Shown here: positions 1-10,900 of the stretch, in pieces | Layout: each line of letters opens with the position of its first letter | Position numbering within the stretch: position 1 is the stretch's first letter | Origin: a virus | Lineage: Duplodnaviria; Caudoviricetes | Strand: one strand, 5' to 3' | Length of the DNA: 64,000 nt | IMG/VR virus record: IMGVR_UViG_3300013121_000047 | Coordinates: 64,001 to 128,000 of that record | The notes under the pieces: model-generated | The model's input: the letters and a program-made list of their open reading frames with translations, nothing else | Database searches by the model: none | Told to the model about the DNA's origin: nothing | Program-made: the position numbers and the translations under genes

Positions 1-85
1 ATAGGTCAGCAAGAAGTTCATCAATCCCTTTTTCAAGTTGCATACTAAATGTAATAGAAAATTTTTCTAATTTTGATTTTTCCAT
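1..85 (-). CDS. Partial CDS (5' end only, MEKSKLENISITFSMQLEKG...), runs off window
   Basis: ATG at 85, 4 nt after the stop of the upstream gene; frame open to window edge. Confidence 0.5.
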   Translation of the reverse strand, partial: MEKSKLEKFSITFSMQLEKGIDELLADL

Positions 86-89
86 TTTT

Positions 90-686
90 TTATTTACCAC
101 CTTTCGCAATAACATAAGCATCTATCATATCTTTTGCATGTTCTTCATATACTTCTTTTCCTTTATTTGGTCCTGCTCTTAAAATTTTCTTAGGCAGAAA
201 ATGTAAAACTTCTTTTTGTGAAGCTAAAACAAAATCAAAAACTTGTTCTTTTATCTTTTTTGGTTTCATTTGCGATTGTTTATTTACCTTTTCCGCTTTA
301 AATCCAATATTTTTTCTTGCATGTGAAACCTGAACTTCTTTTATTTTTGCATTTGGAAATTTTTTCCAAATAGATAAACATATCATTGCATTCATTTTGG
401 CTAAAGTGAAGAGAGTGTGAGCAGTTGTCGCATGTGAAGCGAAAGCTTTGGCATTTGCTTCAACTCGAAATTCTTTAATTTCATATTGATTTATATTGCT
501 AATTTTTTCCAACTCTTTTTCAAAGAAAGTAATTTTGTTAAAAAAATTTTCATAGGTTTCTAACTTTTCTTTTGTGAATTTTATTGCCTGTAATAATATT
601 AATTTCATATCAGAATCGAAAAAAGAAATTCCAACTACGCTTGAGGAAATATCTAGACCAACAATTACTTCTTTTTTTGTGAACAT
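90..686 (-). CDS. RuvC-like Holliday junction resolvase
   Basis: N-terminal IVGLDIS, central VE and C-terminal DMIDAYVIA give the RuvC acidic motif layout. Confidence 0.75.
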   Translation of the reverse strand: MFTKKEVIVGLDISSSVVGISFFDSDMKLILLQAIKFTKEKLETYENFFNKITFFEKELEKISNINQYEIKEFRVEANAKAFASHATTAHTLFTLAKMNAMICLSIWKKFPNAKIKEVQVSHARKNIGFKAEKVNKQSQMKPKKIKEQVFDFVLASQKEVLHFLPKKILRAGPNKGKEVYEEHAKDMIDAYVIAKGGK

Positions 687-1198
687 TTTTTATACAACTT
701 TAAAAGTAATTCTTGTCTACTCTGAACGGGTTTGTCAGTCTTCGCTACTTTCTTTTTTTTAATGGGTGCTTTTGTTTTTTTAAATTGATCTTTTTCCTTC
801 AAGCTAACCCCAAGTTTTTTCTTATATGCGTCAATATCTTTTTTAGTCCAAATTTCATATACTGTATTTTCTAAATTGTTTTTTATATATTGTTTGGCTG
901 CCAAAGCTTTAGTTTCAACAATTTTAGTTTTAACCCTATCGTCTCTTTTTATTTCAATAATCTTTTTATCCCCATTAGAAAAATGAACAACAAAATCAGG
1001 TAAATAAATTTTAACTTTTTTTCTTTTTTTATTTGAAATGTATGGTATTCTGAGCGACTCATACTCTACTTTGGTAATTAAGCTATCTTCTTCAAACAAT
1101 AAAGCAACATCGCGTTCCCATCCACTTCGATAATTTATTTCGCTGTTGCATTTGGAGATTATTATTTTTCCTTGATAATACCATTTTTTTCTAGCCAT
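665..1198 (-). CDS. TnsA-N / T4 gp4-like head completion PD-(D/E)xK nuclease
   Basis: YRSGWE...YESLRIPY...YLPDF...IEIK motifs. Confidence 0.8.
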   Translation of the reverse strand: MARKKWYYQGKIIISKCNSEINYRSGWERDVALLFEEDSLITKVEYESLRIPYISNKKRKKVKIYLPDFVVHFSNGDKKIIEIKRDDRVKTKIVETKALAAKQYIKNNLENTVYEIWTKKDIDAYKKKLGVSLKEKDQFKKTKAPIKKKKVAKTDKPVQSRQELLLKLYKKCSQKKK

Positions 1199-1226
1199 TG
1201 ATTATATCTCTGCTAGTCTATAAGTA

Positions 1227-1718
1227 CTAATCATTATTTTCTAGGATTTGGGTCACTACACTAAGAGGGGTTGGGGGAGAGGGATTAGTTTCATACTTCT
1301 CTATGGAAGTAATCATAGAGTCTTTGAAGAAGTTAATAGATCTAAACCAATCAACATCTAGAAATGATAGATACTCTATTTCTATCTCCTTTGGAAGACT
1401 AAAGGATTTTACTCGAAATAACATGGTATTATTAATAGTGACCTTTTCCCACATTGAGGATTTTCTAAATCCCTCCCATTTTTCTAAAGCTTTTGGCATT
1501 ATAAATTCGGTATCTTTTATCAGATACCGACCACTAAGAAAGAGTGATAATAAGAGATACAACTCCTCCCCAAATCCACTTCCAATAGACGCAACTCGTT
1601 TAACTTCGAATGCTTTATAAGCAGCATTGTACCTTGAATGTATCATACCAATAATGTCATTATTTAGTAAAATTACTAAACCAGAAACCTTTTCTTTTTT
1701 ATAAACTTTAATTTTCAT
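1227..1718 (-). CDS. Hypothetical protein, possible GNAT-like fold
   Basis: 163 aa ORF packed between genes; SIGSGFGEELY resembles the acetyl-CoA GxG motif. Confidence 0.4.
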   Translation of the reverse strand: MKIKVYKKEKVSGLVILLNNDIIGMIHSRYNAAYKAFEVKRVASIGSGFGEELYLLLSLFLSGRYLIKDTEFIMPKALEKWEGFRKSSMWEKVTINNTMLFRVKSFSLPKEIEIEYLSFLDVDWFRSINFFKDSMITSIEKYETNPSPPTPLSVVTQILENND

Positions 1719-1719
1719 G

Positions 1720-4050
1720 TTAGAATGTCAGTTGAACTTTGTACAAAATAGCATCGCCAGTTTTTTTAATATTTGGTTGCGCTAGCGTAGCTCGACTAAC
1801 AACATTTAAATTATCATCATGTAATAATACCTCACCTATTAGAGTATATTGTGTGTCGTGTTCGTTTTTATTTGAGGTTGCTTTGAGTGCGCTTGACCAG
1901 GAATTATTGCTTGACGATGTATGCTCTAGTGGTCTAGCATAACAATCAATCGTGGTTGTGTAAATGCTAGAGTTTCCCTTGAACGTTATTTTGTACTGCG
2001 ATGCTCCCAACCAGAACAATGTAGGATTTTTAATTAGCACGACTCCTTCGTTGTAGAATATATTCCCGACTGAGTTCCAAGTAGCATTATTTTCGATTGA
2101 GTTTGCTCGATATAAATTTCCTCTACCATCATCTTTCAGAGTTATTGTCACCTTTTGATCTGAGCCTGAAATAGCAGAATCTGTCAATGTAAACGTATTA
2201 GGTTCGATTCTTGTTCCGTAAAACAAGTTTGAAATTTCAAAAATCTTTATATTATTTGAAGAAGGATCTCTAGTTTTTTGCAGAATAGATGGAACAACTA
2301 AAGGGGTTTCATTTAGTGAACTTGTTATTGTCGGATCTGGGCCAACTATTCTATATCCAATAGATGATGTTAAACCATTGTATTGTATGGAAGGTATCCA
2401 CGAAGAAGATATAACTTCTGATAAGTTCACATAGCTGTAATCAGAAGTTATATCATTTCTAAAAAATGAACTTGATAAAGATTCTAACCAAGCAAAATTT
2501 GGAATAAATTTTCCATTATCATTTGGTAAAATTGTTAAATTTCTTTTTAATGCAGACTCAGACAAATATAAAAGCGAATTTGCTGTGGCTGCCGTTGCCG
2601 CAACAATTAAAATTTTAGGAGATAAACCATATAATCTTGGGTATTTGCCTAAAACTAGTTCTCTGGTATGATTTTCTAAATTGATTAAATGTCCACCAAC
2701 CTCAAAAGCAAATTCGGCGCTAAAAGGAGAGTAAGTAGTCCCAGAACGATTATAAAATGGCGTAACTATAATACCGCCATCAAATCCACTTTTGTTTCTA
2801 TATGGACTTTCTTCAGTGAAAAATGGCGGAACATAGAACAATAAACCATCTTCGGTAGTGGATGGCCCAGCGTTGTAAAGATTTTCAATTTCCGTTGTCG
2901 TTAAATATTTGTTAAAAATTTTAATATCATGCAGTTCTGCGTTTAAAGGAAACCTAAAATTAGAAGAAGATGGTTCAGTAAAACCAGAATCGGAATTTAA
3001 TACAACTAAACCATCTTGATATCCTGTATCGTAACCAAAAAATCTAGATGTTCCATTTGATCCACTATTGATTCCTTCATAGTAATTTCCAATAAACAGA
3101 CAATTTGGTCCATCTTGACTAGCAGAGATATAATAGTTTAAGCTAGAAGAAGGTATTACAAATGTACTATCTAAAACGTTATCAATAAGAATTGATCCAC
3201 TTCCTAAACTATATTCAGATGTTCCCCAACGAATTGTAATATTATGCCACGTATCTTTTGATAACGAATTGTCTGAGGTAAACACACAAGTTGTTCCATT
3301 TTCTACAACTTCCGATGGAACCAAACAGGCTTGCTGTTCTAATTGTAAAATAATTCTAAATTTGTCAACATTTCCATTAATGTCTTTACTGGAGCCTGTC
3401 GCTAGAGAAATAGCAATTGCTCCTGAGAAATGTAAAATAGTTCCTGGTTTGTCAAATGCGTAGCGCGGGTTTATCCAAAAATTATAACTAAAAGAGCCTG
3501 TTGGGAAATAAGAAGATGAAAGAATATTTGAACCTGATAATGTTAATTCATTTGGATATATTACAACAGATGAAGTATTAAAATAAGACGAGCTAAAAAA
3601 ATTTAGCGTATTATAATTTGTGTATGCAAAATGAGCTGTTGGATATTCTGGTTTGTAGAAATGATTATAAAGAGAAGATTTAATCATATTTTTTTTATCA
3701 TACTCAATTCCATCTCCGAAATGGGGTGTGTATGACAATATTTCAATCTTTTGTTGATATTTTTGGTTTTGTGGAAGCTCAAAAATATGTTGAATATATG
3801 AGTTTATATATTCACTTTTATTTAAACTAGTTGACGCTTTTGCACGTTTGAGTATGTCATTAATTGAATTAACAGAGCTATTAAATCCAAGTGACTGAGT
3901 TAGATTTACTTTTTCCCTAGAACTTCGTTGATTAAATACATATTTCGAACCAGTTGGACCACTAACCGAAGATGAAATATATGTCACATTTGGATTCAAA
4001 ACTGTCTCGATAATCGAAACATCTTCTTTGTTAATTTTTATGAAACTCAT
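1720..4050 (-). CDS. Tail/baseplate structural protein with LamG-like domain
   Basis: FSYNFWINP...WHNITIRW...ELHDIKIFNKYLT LamG pattern; C-terminal LLHDDNLNVVSRATLAQP shared with the next gene. Confidence 0.65.
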   Translation of the reverse strand: MSFIKINKEDVSIIETVLNPNVTYISSSVSGPTGSKYVFNQRSSREKVNLTQSLGFNSSVNSINDILKRAKASTSLNKSEYINSYIQHIFELPQNQKYQQKIEILSYTPHFGDGIEYDKKNMIKSSLYNHFYKPEYPTAHFAYTNYNTLNFFSSSYFNTSSVVIYPNELTLSGSNILSSSYFPTGSFSYNFWINPRYAFDKPGTILHFSGAIAISLATGSSKDINGNVDKFRIILQLEQQACLVPSEVVENGTTCVFTSDNSLSKDTWHNITIRWGTSEYSLGSGSILIDNVLDSTFVIPSSSLNYYISASQDGPNCLFIGNYYEGINSGSNGTSRFFGYDTGYQDGLVVLNSDSGFTEPSSSNFRFPLNAELHDIKIFNKYLTTTEIENLYNAGPSTTEDGLLFYVPPFFTEESPYRNKSGFDGGIIVTPFYNRSGTTYSPFSAEFAFEVGGHLINLENHTRELVLGKYPRLYGLSPKILIVAATAATANSLLYLSESALKRNLTILPNDNGKFIPNFAWLESLSSSFFRNDITSDYSYVNLSEVISSSWIPSIQYNGLTSSIGYRIVGPDPTITSSLNETPLVVPSILQKTRDPSSNNIKIFEISNLFYGTRIEPNTFTLTDSAISGSDQKVTITLKDDGRGNLYRANSIENNATWNSVGNIFYNEGVVLIKNPTLFWLGASQYKITFKGNSSIYTTTIDCYARPLEHTSSSNNSWSSALKATSNKNEHDTQYTLIGEVLLHDDNLNVVSRATLAQPNIKKTGDAILYKVQLTF

Positions 4051-4118
4051 TGCACTTAAATATCAATTAAATATATTTGGTATATTATTGAACATATAGA
4101 ATACCAAAATATAATAAA

Positions 4119-5261
4119 TTAATAATCTATTCTAGCTGTAAGCTGCATACTTCTTGTCGCGTCTTTGTAAACTGGTCGGTTTGTTTTACCAATTGCCAAC
4201 AAGTTATTGTTTGCGTCATAAAATCCAACTGAAGTAAACATTACGAATGATTTTTGAATATCTTCTTGTCCTTGTTCGATAACAACAATTTTTCCATTTG
4301 AATCAACATAAGATGGATTTGAGGAATAGTTGAAATTACGATATGGAAGTTGGACTGTTATATATGATGTATTCAACAGTGTTTGGTTTTGGAAAGCTAA
4401 TGCCGTGCCAGACGACGACCCAAAACGAGTTGAGGCAACGTGATCGATAAAATCGTCAACCGACGCACTAACCATCAACTGATTAAAAGTTCCAGAAAAA
4501 CTATTAGAACCCCCAGCTGCTACTGAATCAATTGTCCCAGATATAGATTCCGTAACATTGAAAATTCTCTGTGTATCTAAAACAACAATACCGCTATCTA
4601 GATACAGTAATCCTACTGGATAACTTGTGTTGCTACTATCTACGATTGTGGAATATGCTCCACCAAATCCAAATTCTTGATTTGTTGACGATCCTACATC
4701 TGAATATATTTTTTCACCAGATGCCGCCCCACTTATATAATTTGAGGAAGTTAAAAATTTTATTACAAAAGTTTCACGCTTAAATCTGTCTCTATGAAAC
4801 AAACGTTTAAATGCCAAAAATAGAGGTTCTCGAATTGTTATTGTGGAAGCTCCACTTACCACACTGAATTCTGAGTCTGCATTCCCAAGTAATTTTTGAG
4901 CCATTTGTCGGTATCTATCGATTTTTTCTCTCATCATAAGTGACTGAGATGGAAAATATAGCTGACCAGTTGTAGTATCTGTATAAACAAGAGAGCTTGT
5001 TACAAGCGCTGAACTTACAGCTAATCCAAATGTTATATCAAATGTTGGGTTTGCAGTTGGTAATGTAAAATCTTGGTCATAAACTGTTTGATATAAACTA
5101 GAAGTCACTCCACTTGAACTTAAAGCACTTGTGACATAGTGTTGATATTTCCTTCTAGAACTTGAAGAAGAAATATCCGACTCTATGAAGTCAATGATCA
5201 TATCAAGTCCATCTGTTGCTGACGTAAAGTCTGAATTTGCTATCTCTTGAAATATTGGCAT
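4119..5261 (-). CDS. Tail/baseplate structural protein
   Basis: C-terminal FNYSSNPSY...VGFYDANNNLLAIGKTNRP, typical of phage tail/baseplate proteins; Ser/Thr-rich. Confidence 0.6.
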   Translation of the reverse strand: MPIFQEIANSDFTSATDGLDMIIDFIESDISSSSSRRKYQHYVTSALSSSGVTSSLYQTVYDQDFTLPTANPTFDITFGLAVSSALVTSSLVYTDTTTGQLYFPSQSLMMREKIDRYRQMAQKLLGNADSEFSVVSGASTITIREPLFLAFKRLFHRDRFKRETFVIKFLTSSNYISGAASGEKIYSDVGSSTNQEFGFGGAYSTIVDSSNTSYPVGLLYLDSGIVVLDTQRIFNVTESISGTIDSVAAGGSNSFSGTFNQLMVSASVDDFIDHVASTRFGSSSGTALAFQNQTLLNTSYITVQLPYRNFNYSSNPSYVDSNGKIVVIEQGQEDIQKSFVMFTSVGFYDANNNLLAIGKTNRPVYKDATRSMQLTARIDY

Positions 5262-5299
5262 TGTTTATTACTCTGTTAATTATTCTATTTATTATTTTA

Positions 5300-6013
5300 T
5301 TAGCTTGTTTTGGAGATTTGAACTTGAAATTGTTTTGTTGCCCCTGATGCTGTGCCTGTAATGGTTACGTATGTGTTAATAATATTTTTATTATTAATCG
5401 CCCCATAGATTGTAAAATTAGACTCTGGGATACTGTTTACTCCAAGGGTAAATGTTAATTTGGTTCCACCAAGAGAGTTTTCGCCAGCGTCGCGATCGAG
5501 CAAATATCCCGCACGTCTTAAACCATCGATATTATCTGGTCTCCTTCCGACTATGTTTAAAAATCTAGAGTCTAAAGAAATTAAAAATGTTTGATCTCTT
5601 AATTCTGGATCTATTGCTGTTTCTTCTTGAATAGTTTGTTCCAAACTAATTGTTCTTGTTTTTGTAGAGACATTTCCAATGCTAAGAATTTCTGAGTTTG
5701 AATCAAACCCTATCCCCTGTAAAGTTACAATTGGAAGTCTTAGTAAATTTGGATTTGAAATCGATAAACATTTAAATTTTTGAGCGTAAGTCCCATTTGC
5801 CACTCCTTCAAAAACAGGTGTATTTTTTTCTATTTTTTCGACACCTACAGTCCGCCCATATTTTTGAACTAATGAATAATCTACTTCATCGTCCCCAATT
5901 GCAATTTTTGAAATATTAAAAGAACCATCCGCTCTAGAAATAAGTTCTCTTCCTTTAATGGTTAAAACCACATCTAAACTAATATTTGTTGTTGTTGAGT
6001 CTATAATGCCCAT
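5300..6013 (-). CDS. Tail/baseplate structural protein
   Basis: N-terminal DVVLTIKGRELI...ISKIAIGDDEVDY tail-collar-like motif. Confidence 0.6.
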   Translation of the reverse strand: MGIIDSTTTNISLDVVLTIKGRELISRADGSFNISKIAIGDDEVDYSLVQKYGRTVGVEKIEKNTPVFEGVANGTYAQKFKCLSISNPNLLRLPIVTLQGIGFDSNSEILSIGNVSTKTRTISLEQTIQEETAIDPELRDQTFLISLDSRFLNIVGRRPDNIDGLRRAGYLLDRDAGENSLGGTKLTFTLGVNSIPESNFTIYGAINNKNIINTYVTITGTASGATKQFQVQISKTS

Positions 6014-6053
6014 ATTGTTTTCTTAAGATAATTAATACTTATTATTATTTACA

Positions 6054-7976
6054 TTATTGTTTTTTGAATAAAGAATCAATTTTTCTTTCTACTGTTTCTT
6101 CTGTTTGTAGATTTTCGTTTAAATTAATTCCTTTTATTCTCTCTGCGTTTAAAGATCTTTTAAGTAGAGTTAAATTGAAAGCTGAGTCTATAGGCTCTTT
6201 TATAATATTTTCTGTTTTGTCATTCAATTGTATTGATAATATTTGTTGTTCTGCTATATCTAAATTAATAAACTGTATTTGGTATGAATTTTTTTCACCA
6301 ATAGCCAATAGGTTAAGTTCATTGTCGGTTTTATTATAAAGTTTTAGATATTCTGGATTAAAATATATTTCTACAGCTTGATGATTTTGGTCTCTTATGC
6401 TATCTGTAAAAGCACTCTCATTTAAATAAATATTAGGATAAGATTTCGGGGCACCAGAAACAGAGATCGGTTCAATTTTAACTCTGTTGAAAATTTTATC
6501 AAATTCAACTTTGTATTGTATTGAATAACCAGAAGAAATTCCATGAGCGTCTATTGACGCAAGCGCATAAATTGCCGATTTTTTACTAGAAAAATCGAAA
6601 TCGTAAAAAATTGTTTTTGGACTAGCAAGAACTTCGACTAAAGTTTCCTCAGGAAATTCACCTGAAAGTTCTTTAACCTCAGAATCATCAAAATTATATT
6701 CCCTTAAAAGTTGATAGGGCTCATATAAAGAATAACGTTTAAAAACTTGAAACTTTTTAATATCCATTTGCGTATTCACTGGGAAATTCCATGAAATTTT
6801 CATTCCTTTTTCTTCTGGAATGTATTTGAATGAAATATCTTGCGGTGGAGGAGGAGGAGAAAATTCTTTGCAAAGTATAGCATTCGCTGTTACGGCTCTA
6901 CTTGCAACTAAAATTCCTAGCGCACTTATCAATCCATTTTTTTCATCTACTGCTTCAATTTCAATATAAAAAACTGACCTAATTGAATAGACGTATGTAC
7001 TTCCGTACTTAACTTCAGTGTCAATATACTGAGCTTTATTGGGGTTTTCAACAACAGAAATTGGATATATTATTTGTGAACCATCTGATTTGAGTTCTGT
7101 TTTTTCTATTATATAACCAACTGATTGGACTATGGGTATATGTGTAGTTGAAAATAACACTCTTTGTGTTATGAAATCTTTAATTTCGAAATCAAATTCA
7201 TCTTGGCTTATTAATGTTGAATTGTTTTGTATTTCCGCTTGTTTTTGTATTTTTTTTGCTTCTGAAAGAAAATCCTGAAATTCATCAATTGTCGGATTTA
7301 ATAAGTTCGTGTTAGCATTGTATTCAATAATATCTCCTAACAACTTATTATTTATTTGGATATCGTTTTTTACTTCTCTTAAAAGTTTTATATAATTTTC
7401 AACATCTAATTTTTGACCATCATTTTTGTAAAAATTTAAACCATAGTCTGAATGACTATAACCAGCAGATATTAATTCTGGTTTAACTGTTTGATCAGTG
7501 TTTTTATTTATAGTTTTAACCACTTCTAATAGAGGTTTGTTGGTTTTTTCATTAATACTTTTTAGTAAAGTTTCACAAAAAAGGCGGATTTTCTTTTCTG
7601 GTGATAAATCTTGAATTTCTAAAACGCTGTAATTGTCATAACTAAAATCATCTTCGTAGTAGATTTGCTTTAAATTATTTTTAATTTTAACGTCTGTTGC
7701 TATTCTTGTGTTGTTTCCTATAATAACTGGTGTCCAATTTAATAAATTATATCTTGGAATTCTTGTATCAAAATCATTTGTTTGTTGAACATCAAAAGTT
7801 TGATCACTTAAATTAACAGAACGAAATCTTTTTGGAATATTTGTGTACAAATAATTTGTACGCTCATCTTTAGTGTAAAAATTATATTGAAATTTTACGT
7901 TAAAATTTGTTGGTTCTTTTACGTCAACTAGTGAAATTTTTTTTGAAGGTAATGTAATTTGTTTTGTATAAGTCAT
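6054..7976 (-). CDS. Putative structural protein with FN3/Ig-like repeats
   Basis: YIDTEVKYGSTYVYSIRS and PPPPQDI...ISWNFP patterns; inside structural operon. Confidence 0.5.
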   Translation of the reverse strand: MTYTKQITLPSKKISLVDVKEPTNFNVKFQYNFYTKDERTNYLYTNIPKRFRSVNLSDQTFDVQQTNDFDTRIPRYNLLNWTPVIIGNNTRIATDVKIKNNLKQIYYEDDFSYDNYSVLEIQDLSPEKKIRLFCETLLKSINEKTNKPLLEVVKTINKNTDQTVKPELISAGYSHSDYGLNFYKNDGQKLDVENYIKLLREVKNDIQINNKLLGDIIEYNANTNLLNPTIDEFQDFLSEAKKIQKQAEIQNNSTLISQDEFDFEIKDFITQRVLFSTTHIPIVQSVGYIIEKTELKSDGSQIIYPISVVENPNKAQYIDTEVKYGSTYVYSIRSVFYIEIEAVDEKNGLISALGILVASRAVTANAILCKEFSPPPPPQDISFKYIPEEKGMKISWNFPVNTQMDIKKFQVFKRYSLYEPYQLLREYNFDDSEVKELSGEFPEETLVEVLASPKTIFYDFDFSSKKSAIYALASIDAHGISSGYSIQYKVEFDKIFNRVKIEPISVSGAPKSYPNIYLNESAFTDSIRDQNHQAVEIYFNPEYLKLYNKTDNELNLLAIGEKNSYQIQFINLDIAEQQILSIQLNDKTENIIKEPIDSAFNLTLLKRSLNAERIKGINLNENLQTEETVERKIDSLFKKQ

Positions 7977-10900
7977 CCTAAAATCTCCACTGCAACATAA
8001 AATTCATTCATTTCGGTACTATTAAAACTATTAATATATAGTTTATCATTTTTTTTATAAAGTCTATTTTTAATCTGTTCATTTTCCAACACTACTGGAT
8101 TTGTTATTTCAGTATCAATTTCAAATAGGTTTAAATCTATTATGATATTAAAGATTTTATCAAACGTTTTTGGAGAAAAAATTATAGATTTCACGGTTTG
8201 TTTGTTAAGTTCATTAAATACTTTTTTTATTATATCCGCGTTATCTTTTACACTTTGGTTGATAGTTTTATCCGCAATAAGGCTTTCGTAGTTAGTGAAA
8301 CTAATGTTTTGGGTTTGTAAGTATAATCTTAAAAATGAGTTATATTCGTCGGAGACGCTAAAATCATAGTCAGTAAGAGAAAATGCCACCTCGGATAAAT
8401 CCAATCCAGTAGAAAGAATATTGTATTTGTTTAGCAAAAATGATTTTATGGTATTACTAAATAATTCTTCTTTTTGAGTCGGTAACAAAAGCCTATATTT
8501 TTCATTTGACAATATTTCTTGTTTTGATTTTGGAATTAAAGAAACAATATTTTCATCTATAAGCCTTATGAATTTATTATTATTATCGAATGAATCTATT
8601 GGATCTATAGAAGCGTCTTTCTGATAGTTTGCAACACTTAAATTTAGGTCAAAAAGAAACTTTTGTGGTTTAAAAATTAGCTCTTCATCAAGAAGACTTT
8701 TTCTAAAGACATTTATTGAAATTAAATTATTTTCATTTTTAAAATCAACTACTTGTTCTTGTCCACTTGTAACACTTAATTTGTCTAATCTTTCTTTTAC
8801 ATTATCTATAAACCCATTTGGAATTCCAACACTTATTAGTTTCTGTATTGAATTTGTCTTTTTTAAAGATTCATTTACTACAAAACTTATTAGATGGTAA
8901 TATTCATTATCTTTGATAAGATTAGATAATGTAGATTCTTCTTTTAGTTTTGATAAAAGTTTTTTTGATATCAAATATTGTGAAGGGTTTAACAAACTAG
9001 AATTTTGGTTAATTATTTGTTTTTGAGATTCTGTTAATTTTGAAAAAACATTTTCGGTGTACCTCTTAACTTGGTTAAAATTGAATGATATCGACTCAAA
9101 AATAGCTAGAAGATTTCTTATAAAGAAATCTTCGCCTTGTAATGAATCATATATATTTTTGTATTCGGTATAGTAGTAATCGAATTTTCTTAAATATTCA
9201 TTGTCATCAGACAAATATGTTACATCTGCTGGTAATGTATATTGTCCATTAACCGAATTTGTTCCTTGGGTTAGTGGGATAACTATTTCAGTTTGAAACA
9301 CATTTAAATTTTTTGGTAAACCAGTTAAAAACTTTTCTATTGCTTTTTGAGATGCTTTTAAATGTTTTTGGTTATATAAAATACCAAAAATTTTTCCGTT
9401 ATCGATATCAAATTTTATTGATAAAAATTTTCCTGAAATGCTTGAAATTGTTTCAAATAACAAAAGTAAAATATTTGATAAACTTATGTTTAAATAAGAA
9501 CTTGTTGTCGATACGTCACTGCTAAAAAAGGGAGTCGCCGAAGTGTAAAAAACCGAAGAAATATCTAAAAAATCTTTAAATAGATTTGGTTTGTTTGAAT
9601 TTGTTGCCGTGATTGTATCAGTTAAAACTTTAGAAATTAATGCATTAGTTTGCAAAAATACAGAAGAAAATCCATCATTTCTTGGCGGTGGATTAAAAGA
9701 AGCATCGGTATTTAATTGAAGTGTTGAGTTTTCTGTAAGAATTTTTGTAACATATGATGTTATTAAATTAGCAAGATGTATAGCAACATTTTTTAATGTA
9801 GAACTTTGATCGACATCGTTTGTTAATTCTAAATCAATATTTAAACTTGGGAATGTTTTTAAGGTTTTAAGTTCTGTTTTTAATTTTTTATATAGTTCAA
9901 AATTAGATTCTTTAGTTGCTTTAATCATTCCTAACAATAAAACAAATTGAAACAAATATAGTTTTAAAATTTTATCTGTATTCGAAAGATTTATTAAGGC
10001 TGGAAGTATCAAACTTTCAAATGATGAAGAGTTTGTAGAGCTAACACAATATCCGAGTGTGTTTTTAACAGTTTCAAATATGATTTTTGTGATATTTTGT
10101 GGGATTAAATTAAATCCAAGGTCATTGAAATTAAAAATTTCATTATAAACAGAAACTGTATTTGAAATTTTTGATACAATATCATTCCCAAATGTTAGCA
10201 TAGAGAATGTATCCATATTTTTTATTGTATCATTTTTAAAATAAACATTTCCTGGAATATATTTTGACTCGCCATCATCAACTATTGTATTTTCAAAAGG
10301 GAGGACTTTTATATTAGAGTCTTCGGGAGCCGAAAATAAAAGTGTGCCAGCAATTGTCCCAATACCAATTGGTTGAGTAAAAATATCATTTGGAATAATC
10401 CCAATAATATTATCAAATGGATTGAAATCTAAAAATGATGAAAATTTAGAATCTATTGCAGATTTAACATTTGGTTTATTTAAACCTTTTGAGATTCGTA
10501 AAATCCGACCGAAAACATGTGTTGTAATTTTTATACGTTCTAGCAAATTGTTTGGTAAAGAGTTTAAAAAATTAAAAAAGTTATCTTCATTTAAACTTAA
10601 TTTTGGTAACCCGCCTCTAAGTTTTGTCGATAAGCTATTAATATCAAAATTAAAATTATTTGTTTTTGTATAACTTGTATCTATTTTTACCGAATTAACA
10701 TCATTTACTCTATCCAAATCTGTTAAATTCAGTAAATTTAAGCTGTAATTTTCTGACGCTGCCCTTAAATCAAAAAGCATTTGATAAAGAATTTTAGTAT
10801 CGGAAAATGAATTATAAGAATTTTTTGAGTAGTTCATTTTCTGAATAAAAAACTCTTCAATTGACAAAAGATTATTTATCTTAAAAAAGGACTCATCAAT

